Assembly (NCBI GenBank): GCA_002189035.1
Contig: CM007990.1
Location: 2,232,001-2,296,000 of the forward strand
Source: Utricularia gibba
Lineage: Eukaryota; Plantae; Magnoliophyta
Direction of reading: 5' to 3'
DNA length: 64,000 nucleotides
Shown: positions 1 through 14,401 of the stretch, piece by piece
Position numbering within the stretch: the stretch's first letter is position 1
Layout: the number at the start of each line of letters is the position of its first letter
Made by a program: the position numbers and the translations under genes
Notes under the pieces: model-generated
The model's database searches: none
What the model saw: the letters and a program-made list of their open reading frames with translations, nothing else
What the model was told of the DNA's origin: nothing

Positions 1-28
1 TTCCTTTCCTCTCGACTACCTCATACAC

Positions 29-3000
29 ATGGAAGCAAGTCACAATGTTATTCCAGCAACAATTTCGATCGCCTCAACAATAGACATTGACAGAGATAAT
101 CCATTGCATCTGAGCGGCTCCGAACATCCAAACACATCACTTGTAAGTGAGCTCTTAACCACACACAATTATTTCGATCGGCGTCAAGGTGTGCGATTGG
201 TATTAGGTGCTAAAAATAAACTTGGCATTACCTATGGAGATGTTCCCAAGCCTCTGCAGAGTGATTCTTCATATAATCTATGGATGCATAATGATTTTAT
301 GGTGACTTCGTGGCTGTCGAATTCAATATCTAAAGATCTGGTTTCTAGCTTTATGGGATGCGCAAGTGCACATGATTTATGGAAGACTCTGGAGGCACAT
401 TATAGACAATTAAAAAATATTTTTTTATAGAGATGCAGTATGATCTCTACAACCTCAAACAGGGTGACTTGAGCATCGCACAGTATTACACAAAATTGAG
501 CGCTCTCAAGAAGGATCTTGATGATCTGTTCCCTGAAATTCGGTGTGGACAATTTAATACACTGGTTTGTGCTGACAAGATCTTTTCCACGGCGAAGCTT
601 ACTCAATTTCTCATTGGTTTAGATGGCAAGTATGATACCACACGGAACCAGATTCTGGCAATGGATGATACCATGACAGTCACGAGAGCCTATGCAGCCA
701 TGCTTAACATGGAGCAACAATTGACTAAGAGCCAGGCAGATGGGGTAAGTATCCATAATGATTCTGCCATGTTTGCCAAGCCTACGTAGAATCTGAACAC
801 TAATTCACATTTGGGACTGGGACAGAGAAGGGACAATCGATATTGTGTCATTTGCAAGAAGATTGAGCACATGCAAGACACTTGTTTCACGATTAAGGAA
901 CCTCCACCTTGGTGGAGAAAGAAAAATGGGAAGTCAAGTAATTCTTACCAAAAACCTAATGCTTATCCTCTTGGGCAATAGCAATATTCATATCAATAGA
1001 ATCCTCCTTGTAATGCTCATTTTGTTCCATCCTAGCAATTAACGTCTTATGAGCACTTCAAACCCAAGGGGCACTATGTTGATTCTCCCATGGATGAAAC
1101 TTCGCATTTCCACCTTCCTGCTCATAACACTACATATCTTGACTCTTTTCAGCTCATTCAGTGGGAGCTAGGGAAGATTCTTGATGGAAACAATACTTCA
1201 CACGCACCAGCAACAGAGAACCAGGCTGTCAACTTATCTAAGTTGGAATTTGCAGGTACATGCACTGAATTATGTTTGACCAGTGACATTCTCAAGGACT
1301 TTTTGTGCAATTCTTAGGAATGGATAATAGACTCAGGGGCTATGACTCAAATTGGCTATTCTAGTAATTATTTCAGCACATTATCTGTTTTCAATATTCG
1401 CGTGAACTTGTCGAATGGGTACTCAGTCCCGATGAAATATGCTGGGAACATAAAGCCATCTAATAAACTGCATCTATTGCATAAATTACGCATACCTCAG
1501 TTCAAGTACAACCTTATTTATGTGAAACGTTTAATAGATGATGATGGAATTCATGTGATATTTTTTAGCCAATATTGTGTGTTATAGGCCCCAGATACCA
1601 ATGAGGTTATGACTGTTGGAAGACTTAAGAATGGCCTCTACATGCTTGACAAACGTTCCTTTTTCCCTAATATTCTTAGCAAATTTTCTGCCTTGCCCCA
1701 TGGCACAGATAAGTTGAAAAATGCCTTCATCAATTTTTTGTTACCAAAATTGAGTTTTTTTGCTAGTTCCATGAGCAACGCCGATGAACGTCTATTATGG
1801 CATTGCTGCCTAGGGCATATTTAAGAGACTAAGTCCAAATATATGCATTTTGATTGTGGATTAAATGGTGCTCCATGTGATATTTGTCATTTTGCAAAAT
1901 TCCATAAATTTCCTTTTACATTGAACACGTCCAAGGTGCCCCCCATACTCCATTTGCTTCAGTGTGATTTGTGGGGGCCTTATAAACTAGCTAACATCAA
2001 TGGGGCATGGTACTTTCTTACCATAGTGGATGATCACTCCAGAACTACCTAGACATTTTTGCTCAAAGAGAAGAGAGTGGTGTTGGATTATCTTGCTGCT
2101 TTCCTTTGTTATGATGAGAACCGTTTTGGTCATAGCACCAAGTTCATTCAATCTAACAAGGGAGGTGAGTTTTTGAACTCCATGTTTCAAGCTTTGTGTT
2201 CATAGAGGGGGATACATCATCAGTTCTCATGCACTAACGACCTCAACAGAATGCCCGAGTCTAGAGGAAACATAAGCATTTGTTGGAAGTCACAAGGGCT
2301 TTGATGTTTTAGGCCGAATTACCAAAGGTGTTTTGGGGTGAAGTGGTGCTTACAGTCACTTACATAATCAATAGACTGCAGTCCTCTGTGCTAAGTTGGA
2401 AATCTCCCTTTGAGGTGCTGATGAGCCAGGCTCCCACGTTTGAGCACATGCGGGTCTTTGGTTGCTTGGCATATGCAGGCAATGTTCATAGTTCATCATA
2501 TAAATTGGAACCACGAGCACGCAAATGCCTATTCTTGGGTTATTCAATGAGCCACAAGGGCTACAAGCTATTTGATTTGCATAGCAAGGAGACATTCGTC
2601 TCTCGGGATGCAAAGTTTTATTAGCACATCTATCCTCTAATACTTTTTTTCTACCCGGATGATGATTCTGGTGTTCCAGTACTCAGCCTCCCTCTTAATC
2701 ATAACACTGAATGAGATGATGCTAGGAGTGATGAATCACCGCCTCCTCTGCTCGGTGTAAGGTCTGTCGATACAGAGCACCCTGCCACTCTTCCACTTGG
2801 CATACAGTCTATCGACACAGAGTGTCCTATCGAGACTATCATCCATCCTTCTGTTGACTCGTCCCCTATTCAGCCTCTTCATAGTCTAGATGTTGATAAT
2901 CAGGTGTTACTTTGAAGCACTCGAACTCAGTCCGCTCCTGCTCGTTTGGATGACTATTACACATACCAGATTGATATGTCTATTTTAGAGGGGCCATGCC

Positions 3001-3329
3001 TCATGATTGAACCACAGAGTTAAATAGAAGCCTCCTACTATCAGCCGCGGCGTGACGTCATGACACAAAAACTTACTGCAATGGAGTAGAATCACACATG
3101 GGAGGTGATGCCTCTGGCACTTGGAAAACATGCCATCGGCTGTAAGTGGGTGTCTAAGATCAAGCAACTACCCAATGGTCAGGTTGAGCAATATAAGGCA
3201 CGTTTGGTGGCTAAAGGCTACACCCAAATTGAAGGTGTTGATTTCCATGAGAGCTTCACGCTTGTGGCAAAGGTAAGCACGATGGTTCACACTTGTCATT
3301 ATAGTTCCATGCAGCAGCAGATCACTTGA
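29..3329 (+). mobile_element. Degenerate Ty1/Copia retrotransposon internal region (gag, protease, GAG-pre-integrase, integrase, truncated RT)
   Basis: ORF pieces carry Copia motifs in Copia order: DNPLHLSGSEHP...LGAKNKLG (gag N-term), CVICKKIEHMQDTC zinc knuckle (~840-885), WIIDSGA (~1320), LWHCCLGH, CDLWGPY...FLTIVDDHSR, FWGEVVLTVTYIINRL, KCLFLGYS, IGCKWVSKIK...YKARLVAKGYTQIEGVDFHESF. Many stops and frameshifts; RT breaks off near 3300. Confidence 0.93.
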
Positions 3330-5481
3330 GTTCCATATATTTTAGTTTCCGTCGTTCTTTACGTTTGCATATAAATAACGGACTATTGGTCCATGAAGAC
3401 TGCTATCATGCATACGATCAGATCCTAGAATTACAGAGTAGCGATTGGATCTATTTGATCTCGATGTTATCTTGTTTAGTTCTTTCCCACTTCCAACTCA
3501 CAAACCAAATACCACATTGAAAACGAGAGAGTGGTTTGGCTAGGGATTAACCATGTTCAATGAGAATGGTAAATCTAGTGAGAAGCATCAATAGGGAAAA
3601 AGGGGAAGCATTATGTTTCCTCTTCTTATATAAAGGTTATTCAATTGAAATGGAACCTAGAGATACTAAATCATTGAGCATTGTGAATATTGAAAGCATA
3701 CTATTAAATGTATAGCATATGCCACTTAGCCAACATGGGCCATTAAAAAAATGCGAGATAGAAATCCCCTATCGATTATAGAGACTTCCTAGGAGAAATA
3801 CCTTATCGGGTATTCTCTCCTACTTAGGCTCGAGAGCCCCCTTTGTATGGTCAACCTAAGAAAGGTGTCCATATCATGATACATTGAAGACCCCCTCAAA
3901 GGGATACCCTGTTAGAGTGTAATTAGACACCCTTTACATAGCATAATAGAGGTATGCAATCATTGCCCATTCTTATTAGGATAGTTGAATAGTTGGAACG
4001 AATGAAACTCATTGCCAAATGGTTTCTATAAAGCCTAGTTCTAGCACATACATGCTTGAAAGGGAAGGAAAAATGAAAATTAAAAACAATATCATACAGA
4101 AAAAAAAAATTCTTTGGGTACCTAGCAAGGTTGCATATTTGTACAATAGCAGAGGTGATACCCACGGAAATGGTTGTTCCTCACCATGTGTTAGACTATG
4201 GCAACCCATGGCAATGGAAGAGATTCCTTTCAAGAAGGTTGATACACTAAAAAGCACCCAACAAAGTAGGAACACTAGTAGGTATCCCTACCTCTTGATG
4301 TTGAGTCATATTTCAACATATTTGATTCAATTTTAGAATTAGAGTTTTAGGATTATGTGAACTAGAATAGGGGAAATGTCAAAACATGCGTTAATCAAGT
4401 TATTTTCGGTAAAAATGCGATTTGTGCCATTTTCCCTTAGTCCAAGTGCAAGGTGGTTTTATTGTTCTTCCAAACCTATGTACGTTCAACCCATTTGGGT
4501 TGGACCGCATCATCTGACTAGTTTATGAATTTATTATAGTACAAGAGAAAAAAAAGAATTACAGGTCTGAATACGAAGGAAGGATAAGGAAAGTTGGCAA
4601 AAAAGAAGGCAAAAATCTCGCAACAAACGCAACTAACTGCTACTAGCACACAACATTGATGTGAATAAAGAAAGTAAAAGATTTGCTGCCTATAGAATTC
4701 CTTTATTTCCAGAATATTTCCGGCCCTAACCAATAAACACCTGGCGGCTTGGAGAGCTCATCTTTGGAGACTTTGTTTGGCAAAGAATTCATCTATTTTA
4801 AGGACATTTTCTGTCTGAAGAGCGTTTTTGTGATTGGAGTGGAAGAGAAGACAAAGGAGAGGCATTCTAGCATGACACTAGGACTAATATCCGCTGTCAG
4901 AAATGCAGCTGAGATCTGAACGAAAGACAAGGAGGCTTGAGAACCTATAGTTTAAGAAGAAGAAGACACGGAGAACACAAAACTGGAGAATCGAATAAAC
5001 ATTTTACTTTTCTCACAAATCTTTCTTCTTGAATCATATTTTGTGAACATGTGCACTAATTCCATCTTGTGTTTCAATATTCAACGTGTTTAAATGCTTC
5101 ATCATTTGATTTATGTACTCTGTTATCTGCTTTTACTTTAGGAACCAATAGAAGTTTTTGATTCAAGTAGAAACCACTTCTAGAAAACCATTCATTTAAT
5201 CTTGCTTACACATCAAACCAACAACTACAAACTGTTTGCTCTCTGTGAATTGACCTGCACTTACTGCAGCTACATTAATTTCTTTGCGAATGAAATATGC
5301 TATGTTTGTTCAATTTACAAATTTTTTTCATGGGAAAAACCTTCAGACTTGCGAGGTGCTTTTTAGTTGTTGTTGTTAATGCGTTTGAGTTCTTTTGTTG
5401 GAAAAACTCTTCTTCCTTCATCCAGAGATTTAGAGATTTGCAAGGGAGCAAAAGAAACGTGCAAAAGAAAAGCAGTATAAG

Positions 5482-7537
5482 TGATGACACACATTTTTCC
5501 TAAATTTCAAATTGCAAAATGGTTATATTTTATTATGGTTTAGGTTAGATAAATGTGATTTTTCATGTTTTAGTGGTGTTTATGTTAATCTCATGTGATT
5601 ATGTGAAAAGTGGATTAAATCCTTTGATTAAGTCCACAACTTTTGTTACTAATGTTTCAGTAAGTTCAGTAGGGAAATCACCCGAAAATCAGACTTGCAA
5701 GCGTGTGAAAGAAGGGAAAAAGGGCGCAAAATCCGGAGAAAGACAAAGAGCATTGTTCTGCTGCCACTGTAGTCTGTAAGTTCAGGCTGGGAACAGTGCT
5801 GGTAGTCAGGAACAGTGCAATGGAGTGAAGCAAAAGGGAAAATTATTTCGAAAATGAAGAGGGCGCGAAGAAGCGAATAGCAAGGGGGACGCAAAGGGGG
5901 GTCTTCTTCCCCAACGGGAAAAACACAAACCAGAAGAGGGAAGGAAGGCCTTCATCACCAAGAGTAGCACCAGAGCCGAGTCCAGCGCTACTGTTCGAGC
6001 GGTGAACAGTAGCTAACGGGCGGAAGAACAATCTTTATCTACTTTCCGTTTTCTGAACATTTAGAGTTTCTGCATTTGACTTGTTTACAATGTTTCTGCC
6101 ATTTTGGTCAACTTACATGAATGAAATCGTGTTTTATTTCTCAAGCATGAGTGGCTAGAATCTTAGGGATGCCTTAAGGAGAAGTGGTGTGGTGTGTGCT
6201 TAGGATGGATGATGAGATTTATGTGTATTCCTTAACTCTTGTTTCTAACAAACCATGGGTAGACTTAAGGAGGGAAACAAGTAGTTTCACAACTTAGATG
6301 CTTGGTTTAGAGGTAGACCAACAAACCAAGACGTGAGCAGTCAGTGTTAGTTCAGGGTAGAATCAGTAGAACGGAGTAGACCTAGTTCTATATGCCTTGC
6401 ATGTGGGTAAGGAGAAACCTGGACGAGAACTAGTCCAGCCTGAGACTAAGGAGAACGAAACAGAGGAGTATGAAGTTGTGCAAAGTGAAGACGAAGTTGA
6501 AGTACTTCCAGAACCTGTTGTAGTGAAGGTGACCCAGCCTCCTTTTCCAGGAAGGTTGAAGCTGAAAGATGAGCAAACCGAGAAGGAAAAAATGTTGAAG
6601 GCATTGAGGAAAGCTCAATTGAATTTAACTCTCCTAGAGTATATTGATCTTGTGTCCAAGAGTGTTAAATATTTGAAGCAGCTATGCATGTCTAAACCAA
6701 AACTGAAGGAGAAAGGCAAAGCGAAATTGAGTGAAAGTTGCTTAGCACTTTTAACATGGAAATTACCCGAGAAGCGTAAGGATCCGGGTACATTTTTTAT
6801 CCCTTGCAAAATAGGAGATTTGTGCATCATGAGAGCTATGGACGACTTGGGGGCTTCTATAAATGTCATTTCAAATTCTGTTTATGAAGCACTTAGGTTG
6901 GGACCTTTACAAGCATTGGGTGTGCAAATTGAGTTAGCGGATAGGAGAGTGATATCTCCCAAGGGCTTGGTTGAGGATATTCTGGTGAAAATTGAGCATC
7001 TTGTATTCCCAGCTGATTTTTATGTGATGAACATGCCCACTGTTCTAGTTGAGGATGTCCTTGCATGCAGGTAGACCTAATTGCAATGTTGGTTATGATA
7101 TTGAGGACTAGCTTATCCGAAAATATGGTGAATAACCTAGGTAGACTTAGGTTATTTGAAGTTGTGAGTGTAGGAAAAAAGTAAATTAAGTTAGGAACCT
7201 TAGCATAACACCACCTACAGATCCTTAAGGCGTCTTCGTATTAGTCTGAGTCAAAACCAGTACCTATTACCTTAGCGTCAAGACTTGATATTGCTTACCT
7301 ACCTTGTTTACTGAACTTGTTTACCACTGTTAGTCCGAGCTTAGACTAAGGCCTACTGTTATTCGAAATTATGCATGTACTAAAACACTTAGCAAGCACA
7401 AGCTCTTCGTGATCGACCCGATATCCACTATACAAGTTTTCCAAATTTGTATTTTGTGTAGATTAGGGATTATAAATTTATTTGATATGGATTTTCTATT
7501 TTTATTTGCAACGATATTAGGAAATTTCTGTTTATCA
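5482..7537 (+). mobile_element. Solo LTR, Athila-like family A copy 1, carrying a ~660 bp gag-protease insert
   Basis: Starts TGATGACACAC and ends GTTTATCA. Flanks are ATAAG (5477-5481) and ATAAA (7538-7542), a 4/5 TSD. Colinear with the reverse complement of 8157-9523 except for the insert at ~6410-7058. Confidence 0.85.
6397..7074 (+). pseudogene. Gypsy (Athila-type) gag-end and aspartic protease fragment embedded in an LTR
   Basis: 225-codon open frame: VKVTQPPFPGRL...KLPEKRKDPGTFFIPCKIG...DLGASINV...GLVEDILVKIEHLVFPADFYVM. It lacks the downstream ILGRPFL motif and ends inside LTR sequence. Confidence 0.88.
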
Positions 7538-8156
7538 ATAAAACAATTGAAAATGCCAAAAAGGGAGGTGCTACACACAAATCAATCATCAACGCAAATT
7601 GAGCAGAGAAAACTATGCAGGAATATGATTGTCCAGATTATTCTTACCAAGTGATCTGCATAAATTTTCCAGAAGAAGCTGTTGTGTTTGCTCTAAGAGG
7701 ATGCACATCAACACTTGGACGGATGCATTTCAGTCAGTGGTGCTGTTAGATTAACATAAGTGACTGAAGACAATATGCTTTTAAGGGTTTTTCAGTTTAC
7801 ACTTGAAGGGGATGCAAAGAAGTGGTTCAACACCTTGGAATTCAGAAGCATTGAGAGCTGGACCGAAATAAAAAGGCATTTTTAAACAAGTATTTCCATT
7901 CACCAAGGTTGAAGAGTTGAGGAGAAGAATTGCGAACATTCATCAATTTTTGGGAGACTCGCTCCACGAATATTGGAAAAAATTCAACAAATTGCTTGCA
8001 AGTTGTCCGCATCATGGATATGAAAAACATACCTTGGTCAATTTTTTTCTAGGACTATTGCCACCAATGAGAACTCAGTTAGATGCTATTGCTAGAGGCA
8101 GCATGAGGACACTCACTCCTACTCAGGCTTGGACGAAAATTAAAGAAATGGTGGAG

Positions 8157-9523
8157 TGATAAACAGAAATTTCCTAATGTCATTGCAAAAATAGAAATTT
8201 CGTATCAAATAAATTTATAAGCCCTAATTCTCACAAGATACAAATTAAACATAAATTGTAAAGTAGAATTCGAGGTCGACTACAAGGAGCTTGTGCTTGC
8301 AATGCGTTTTTCGTGATGCAAAATTCGATGTAACAGTAGTTTTAGTACAAGCTCAAACTAATAGTAGTAAACAAGTTCAGTAAACAAGATCAAGTCTTAC
8401 GCTAAAGATAACAAATACTAATTCTAACAAAGACTAATACGAAGATGCCTTAAGGGTGGCGTGGTGCTAAGATGCCTAATTTAATTTACCACGTTCATAT
8501 ACTCATAATTTAAACAACTTAAGTCTACCCAGGTCATTCATCATATTTTCGGCTAAACTAGTCCCAAATATCATCACCAACATTGCAATTAGGTCTACCC
8601 ACATGCAAAGTATATATAACTAGGTCTATTCGGTTCTACTAGTTCTACCCTATACTAATACCAACTGCTCTCGCCTTGATTTGTTAGTCTACCTCTAAAT
8701 CAAGCATCTTAGTTGCGAAGTCACTTGTTCCCCTCCTTAGGTCTACCCATGAAATGATAGAAATAAAAACTAAGAAATAAATGTAAGTTTCATCATTAAC
8801 CCTAGATCCACACCATCATGCTTTACCTTAATGCATCCCTAAAGTTTTAGCTACTCATACTTGGAAAATAAAACATGATTTCATTTAGACAATGTGGCAA
8901 AAATAGTAGAAACATTGTGAGTAAGTCAGATACAGAAACTCTAAACGTTCAGTAAACGAAAAGCAAATAAAGATTGTTCTGTTGCCTGGTTGCTATTGTT
9001 CATAGCCCGGAACAGTAGCACTGGACTCGACTCTAATGCTGTTCTTGAGGATGAAACCCCTCTTCTCCTCTTCTGGTTGGTGTTCTTCGTGTTCAGAGAG
9101 AACCTCCTTCTTCCCCCCCCCCCCCCCCATGTGTGCTTGCTTCTCCTGCCCTTCTTTTTCGAAAAATATCTCCCCTCCTTTACTCCAATTATTGTTCCGG
9201 ACACCAGCACTGTTCTCAGCTTGAACTTGCAGACTGTAGGTGGTAGAACAATGCTCTTTGTCTCTCTTTGGATGTTATGCCCTTTTCTACTTATTCCACA
9301 CATTTGTAACTCTGATTTTGCTGCTAATCTCCCCGCTGAACTTAGTCAAACATTATAACAAAAGTGGTTGTCTAAATCAAAGGATTTAGTCCACTTTTCA
9401 ACATAAACACACAAAATTAACATTAACATACATAAAACATGAAAAACCACATATACCTAACCTAAAACACAATAAAACATAATCATTGTGTATTATAAAA
9501 TTCAAAGAAAATGTGTGTCATTA
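8157..9523 (-). mobile_element. Solo LTR, Athila-like family A copy 2, inserted in gag
   Basis: TGATAAAC...GTGTGTCATTA (terminal CA read as TA). Perfect 5-bp TSD TGGAG at 8152-8156 and 9524-9528. Removing it restores the gag frame KEMVE-HSRHSYFRK. Confidence 0.93.
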
Positions 9524-10899
9524 TGGAGCATTCTCGACATTCTTATTTTAGAAAGAACTTCTACAGCCAAGTAAACTCTGTTGGAGGAAGCTCGATGTCA
9601 TATGGAAATATGCACCAAGGACTTGAGAGTACGAATGAGAAGGATAGGAAGATTAATGAGTTGCAAGACGTGATGAGAGAATTATGCATGGTTCGGTCTA
9701 AGCTAATTCTGTGTGAGATATGTTCCACCCAAAGCATACAACAAAAACATGTCCGTTGAAAGAAGAAAGTGCAGGAGTGAACGCTATGGGATATGTAGAA
9801 AATCAAGGAGGATGGCACCAACCTTGGCACTATTCTCCAAAACACCCCAATTTGACCTGGAGAGACAGCAATGCATTGAATCAACATCTGCTGCAAAATC
9901 AGCCACAACAAGTCTCCCAGCATCAACCTATGCTGCAAGTTCACCCGCTAGGACGGACTTACAGGAATCTTCAGTAGAAGTAGTTACAACAAAGACTAGC
10001 CCCTCATCAAAGGAATGATCAGCTTAAACAAGGATCATCTATGGAAGAAATGAGAAAGCAGAAAAGAGAAAGAGTCAATTCAAGGAGCCATCAAAAACCT
10101 TGAAAAGCAAGTTGGATAGTTAGCAACAAGAGTTGAAGAAATCAAGAACAAATTAGGAAGGCTACCTTCTCAACCTTCTGTGAACCCACAAGTAAATATT
10201 TTAGCAATCGAGCTCAGAAGCAAGAAGAAATTACTGGAAAGAGAAGTGATCCTACCCCAAGTCAACTGAGTGAAAAAACTAATTCAAGAAACGAGCGAGG
10301 AAGGAGACCTTGAAGAAGGTAGTGGCAAAGGATAGTGTGAACACCCAATCATTGAGGAGAAGATCAAGATAAAGGTGACTCAACCTCCATTTCCAAGGAG
10401 ATTGAGGAATAATGCAAAGAGAGCTGAAGCGCAAAGAATTATTTCTACTTTGAACTTAACTATGGTAAGCATGAAGACGATTAATTATTTGAAACATGTT
10501 TCGAGAGGACTTAAAATTTTGAAGGAATTATGTTCTGATTTGAAATTTGCTCTCCTTGGAGTGGAAGACGTGAAGATTAATGCTAGTATTATTGCTCTAA
10601 TTGATAAGGGACTTCCCTCTAAATGTTGAGATACAGGTACTTATTATATTTCTGCTAAGATTGGAGGAAGGGAAATCCCAAGGGCAATGACAGATCAAGG
10701 AGCAGTGATCAACATGATGTCATTGGATGTCTACGAGTCTCTTATACTCAAACCCTTGAGGAGGACTAACACAAGACTGATTCTGGCAATGAGAGTGACT
10801 TTCATTCCTTAAGGAATAGCTGAGGATGTGTTGGTGCAAGTGTCAAAAACCTTGTACCTAATTGATTTTGTGGTGGTGAAAACGCCTCTGATTCTTCAT

Positions 10900-13800
10900 T
10901 TGGTTCATTTTTCCCTACAAGGGCGCAAACCCAATTAAGACTTCCATGACCCAATAATGTTTTACCTATCAATTAATTTCCTTTATATAGCATCATGAGT
11001 GGTGCCACTATGGTCTTCTTTGATATAGAGAATGACTTAACAAAAAAATATTAAGTATTGTATCATTTGGAAAGCAAAGTTTGGTGAGATTTAGTGCATC
11101 AAGAAATATAGAGCCAAATTCTACCTCTATTTTTGTATTATCAATGATTGTCTCTATGAACTAACCATATTATTGGGTGTTCAACAAGATGGCAAGGGTT
11201 CCAAAAACACTAAGAGTAGCCAAAACTACAACCTTGCTTTTAGTTCAACATAGGGAACATATTTCAATGTTTTTGAAGAAATTTCTGTAACATTAACAAC
11301 TTTGTGTCAAATTTATGGAAAGCAATATAGAGACAAACACTAGGCAAGAAGTCACTATAGATTCTCGAGAAATCAATGGATTTTATAATGATTTCATTGA
11401 AGATACCCAGGAATTTGTTGAGGAGCTATTTGTCTCATCTAGGAAAATGCTTTCTTTTCAATTCCAAGAGTCCATTGGAAAGTTGAGTGGAGAAACCAAT
11501 CAAAAGTCCTCATTATTTTGCATTCCGATAGCATTTAGATATTCCTAAAGTAAAATAACTAGATAGATTGTACCCTATTGCCATATTTTTCTGACATTTT
11601 CTTAGGATGGCTAAATTTCTCCCATTCTTATGGAAAAATCCATAACTTGTTAACTGGATATTGTTGCACAATGTGGTAGAAAGTGCACTTCATCAAAGTC
11701 CTATAAAAAATTTATCATGTGTTATCAGATGGTAGGGAGAGTCGTTTAGGCAATGTCCCGTGTTGGGTGAGTCATTCACCATTGCCATTGGGTAGATCCT
11801 CTCTTCCTTTGTGGTTTCTCGAGCAAGACTATTCTGAGGCTTATCATTCCTATTTGAGGTAACAAAAATGAATTTATTTTCTCCTCTCGCAACACTAGCT
11901 CTTAAGCACCAAATTTCAATGGGTTTGATTGTGGCTTCAATCACATCTAGGTGAAAATCATCCTATAGGATTTGTATAGATTAACTCAAGAGTCTAGCTC
12001 TATACTTCTATATCAATTCTTGCCTACAACACTATTCTAGCAATTTTCCAACTCACAAGAAAGTTCATAATGCGACAAGTACTCAAGTCACTAAAAGAGT
12101 CTGCCATTCACTTGAAACTAATGTTACCCTAAATTCACACATCTAGGAAGTAATTTGCCTATGTCATGAATCCTTTGGACTTTTTCTTTCGGAATTCCAA
12201 ATATCTATTGAAACAAACCTTTTTGGTCTCTTGAGCTAAACAATATCTAGGCTTCATGAATATAAGATTATTAGGTCATTACACTTGTCTTTAGTATTTT
12301 AAGGATGGAAAGTCATTGAGTCACTACCCTTACCTTCATTATCAAGGAGGTTATTGGACACTAGTCTCATCATCTCATATAAACCTTTTGCATTCTTGGG
12401 CTAAGCAGAACCAAAGCTTCCTAAGTAAAAGGTTGGACACTACCCTTACATTTATCATTTTCGTGATTGAAAGTCACAGGATTACTACCCTAGCTTTCAT
12501 CAGCATAGGAGTTTATTAGGTCACTACCATCCCATGTAGACCCTTCATCTCTAGGGCTAAGGAGTATCTAGGCTTCCCAGGTAAAAGTATATTGTGTCAC
12601 TACCATCTTTCGTTTAGCCTTTCTACCTCCCCTTCTAAGCAACATTGAATCTTTAGTTGAGAAATACAAGTCATAACACATCCAACACATGTGTAATGTA
12701 GCATCTCAACACATAAGAGGGATCATAGCTCTAGTATGGCAATCATGAAGATACATCTATAACCATAGTATATATATCTAGTGCTACATACAAATGAGAT
12801 AACTTGTAATCAAAGGTATCAAATTAATGTACATGACCCATGAGAAGACATTGAAGTCATACCTCTTTAGTTATAGCATCTAACTCCTCAAGACGAATGC
12901 AACCAAATGAAGGTTCCACTTCAAATTTGATGTTTCCTTTGTTTAGAAGACTATTAGATCGTCCAAATCCTATTTCCTCCAAGATGTCCTTTTTCTCTTC
13001 AACATGGGAAATAAAGGAATGACTCATGTGAGATACTCATGTGTTATGTGAGGTGGTCCTATGGTACTTCCAGTACTTATGTACTCTAGGTTTCATCCCC
13101 AAGCTTCATGTCTTCAAGCGCAAGTTCCTTTTTATGGACTCATCCAATTGGAGACAAGGGAATGCCTCATTTGGCTTCTTCCAAGATTTCACTGTAGATC
13201 CCCAAGAAATCAATGGATTCTACAATAGAGTTCAATATACCTAGGAATCTTACAAGAGGACATTTGCCTCCTTTAGGAGAATATCTTCTCTTCGGCTCCA
13301 AGAGTCCATTGAAAAGTCCATTGGAGAAATCTATCAAAAAGTCTCCATTACTTGGCCTTCCATAAGGTATTTAAATTTTTAAAAAGTTACATTATTAGAT
13401 AGATCGTATCCTTTTGCTGCATTTTTTTAACACTATCCTAAGTTAGTTAGATTTTTCTTAGGAAAAAGGCCATCACCTCTTAACTAGACAATGTTGCACA
13501 ATGTGTCAAAGGGTACTCCATCAACTTCCCATGGGGAGTTTATCATACACCATCGAGCAATAAGGAGTGTCGCATCTCAATCTAGCCATTTTTTGCCTTT
13601 TTTCCTTTTTTTTATAATATTGTCTTTAAGTCACTTAATCTTCTTAAATTCTAGGAGAGATTCCTACTCTTTAGTGTCATCAATTCGAGTATCCTATGCC
13701 AACAAAATTCATATTTCTAATTTACAGCAAGAGCACAAAAACTAACTTAAAAACTGGCCTAAAAATTTGACTGTGTCGAAAGAGTCTTCTTCAACTACAA

Positions 13801-14395
13801 TAATGTTGCAATTTTTATCCCATGTTGGAGAAAGCATGCACACTACTGCCCCAAAACCCTAACATATATTGATGCTCTAAACCCCATGAAAGGGAATGAA
13901 GATTCACACATTCGTGCACGACTTCTTCCAACATATGTATGCTGATTTCACTGAGATTAGGCAAAAGAACACAACCTAGAAACCCAAGGCTTCTTCTATG
14001 GTGCGTTCTTCTTCTTCACTTGAGTTTGTTGTTATTCCAACAACAACCAGATGTATTTGTTATGTGGGAGACTCATCTAAAAAGCTCAATTAACAATCTT
14101 ACCCATTTTTTAGAAGAATTTCACTCTAATTTTTCCGATCACAATAACAAATAGTAGAGAGTAATTCAATAAGAGGTTCCAACTACACTATGATTTCCTT
14201 TGAGTAGTCTAGTTTCAATCTAAGAATACTGATTTAGTGCTTTTAATTATTGTTCATTGCCCAGTATATAATCAACCAACAACTCATTTCTTATCCAAAA
14301 GGTGATGATAACTTGAAACCAAAATAGATGGAATCAATTTGCTAAGGAAGCTTCTAGAAGATTCTTTTACTAAGGAAGTTCAAAGTGGTCAGGAA
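10900..14395 (-). mobile_element. Highly degenerate LTR-retrotransposon-derived sequence with two diverged gag-like segments
   Basis: ~11330-11700 and ~13170-13530 resemble each other (shared AGAAATCAATGGATT, CCAAGAGTCCATTG, TGTTGCACAATGTG). The minus-strand translation has traces of gag (WEKF..PKK..KYG...LFYF). Boundaries are uncertain. Confidence 0.45.
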
Positions 14396-14401
14396 CTTAC
14401 C

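Larger units (their letters stand above)
4350..10900 (+). mobile_element. Degenerate Athila-like Ty3/Gypsy element (probable 5' LTR, gag, protease), interrupted by two solo LTRs
   Basis: Gag fragments at ~5410-5481, 7538-8156 (EYWKKFNKLLASCPHHG...RTQLDAIARG) and 9524-10020 join once the inserts are removed. Protease region ~10375-10900 (TQPPFPRRL...TDQGAVIN). LTR-end-like sequence ends near 5312. The left boundary is approximate. Confidence 0.8.

Noticed and set aside
8941-9358. Overlapping 120-aa ORFs on both strands, with similar ones at 35236-35608 and 45772-46108
   Set aside because: Low-complexity purine/pyrimidine-biased LTR interior. The frames are not conserved between LTR copies.
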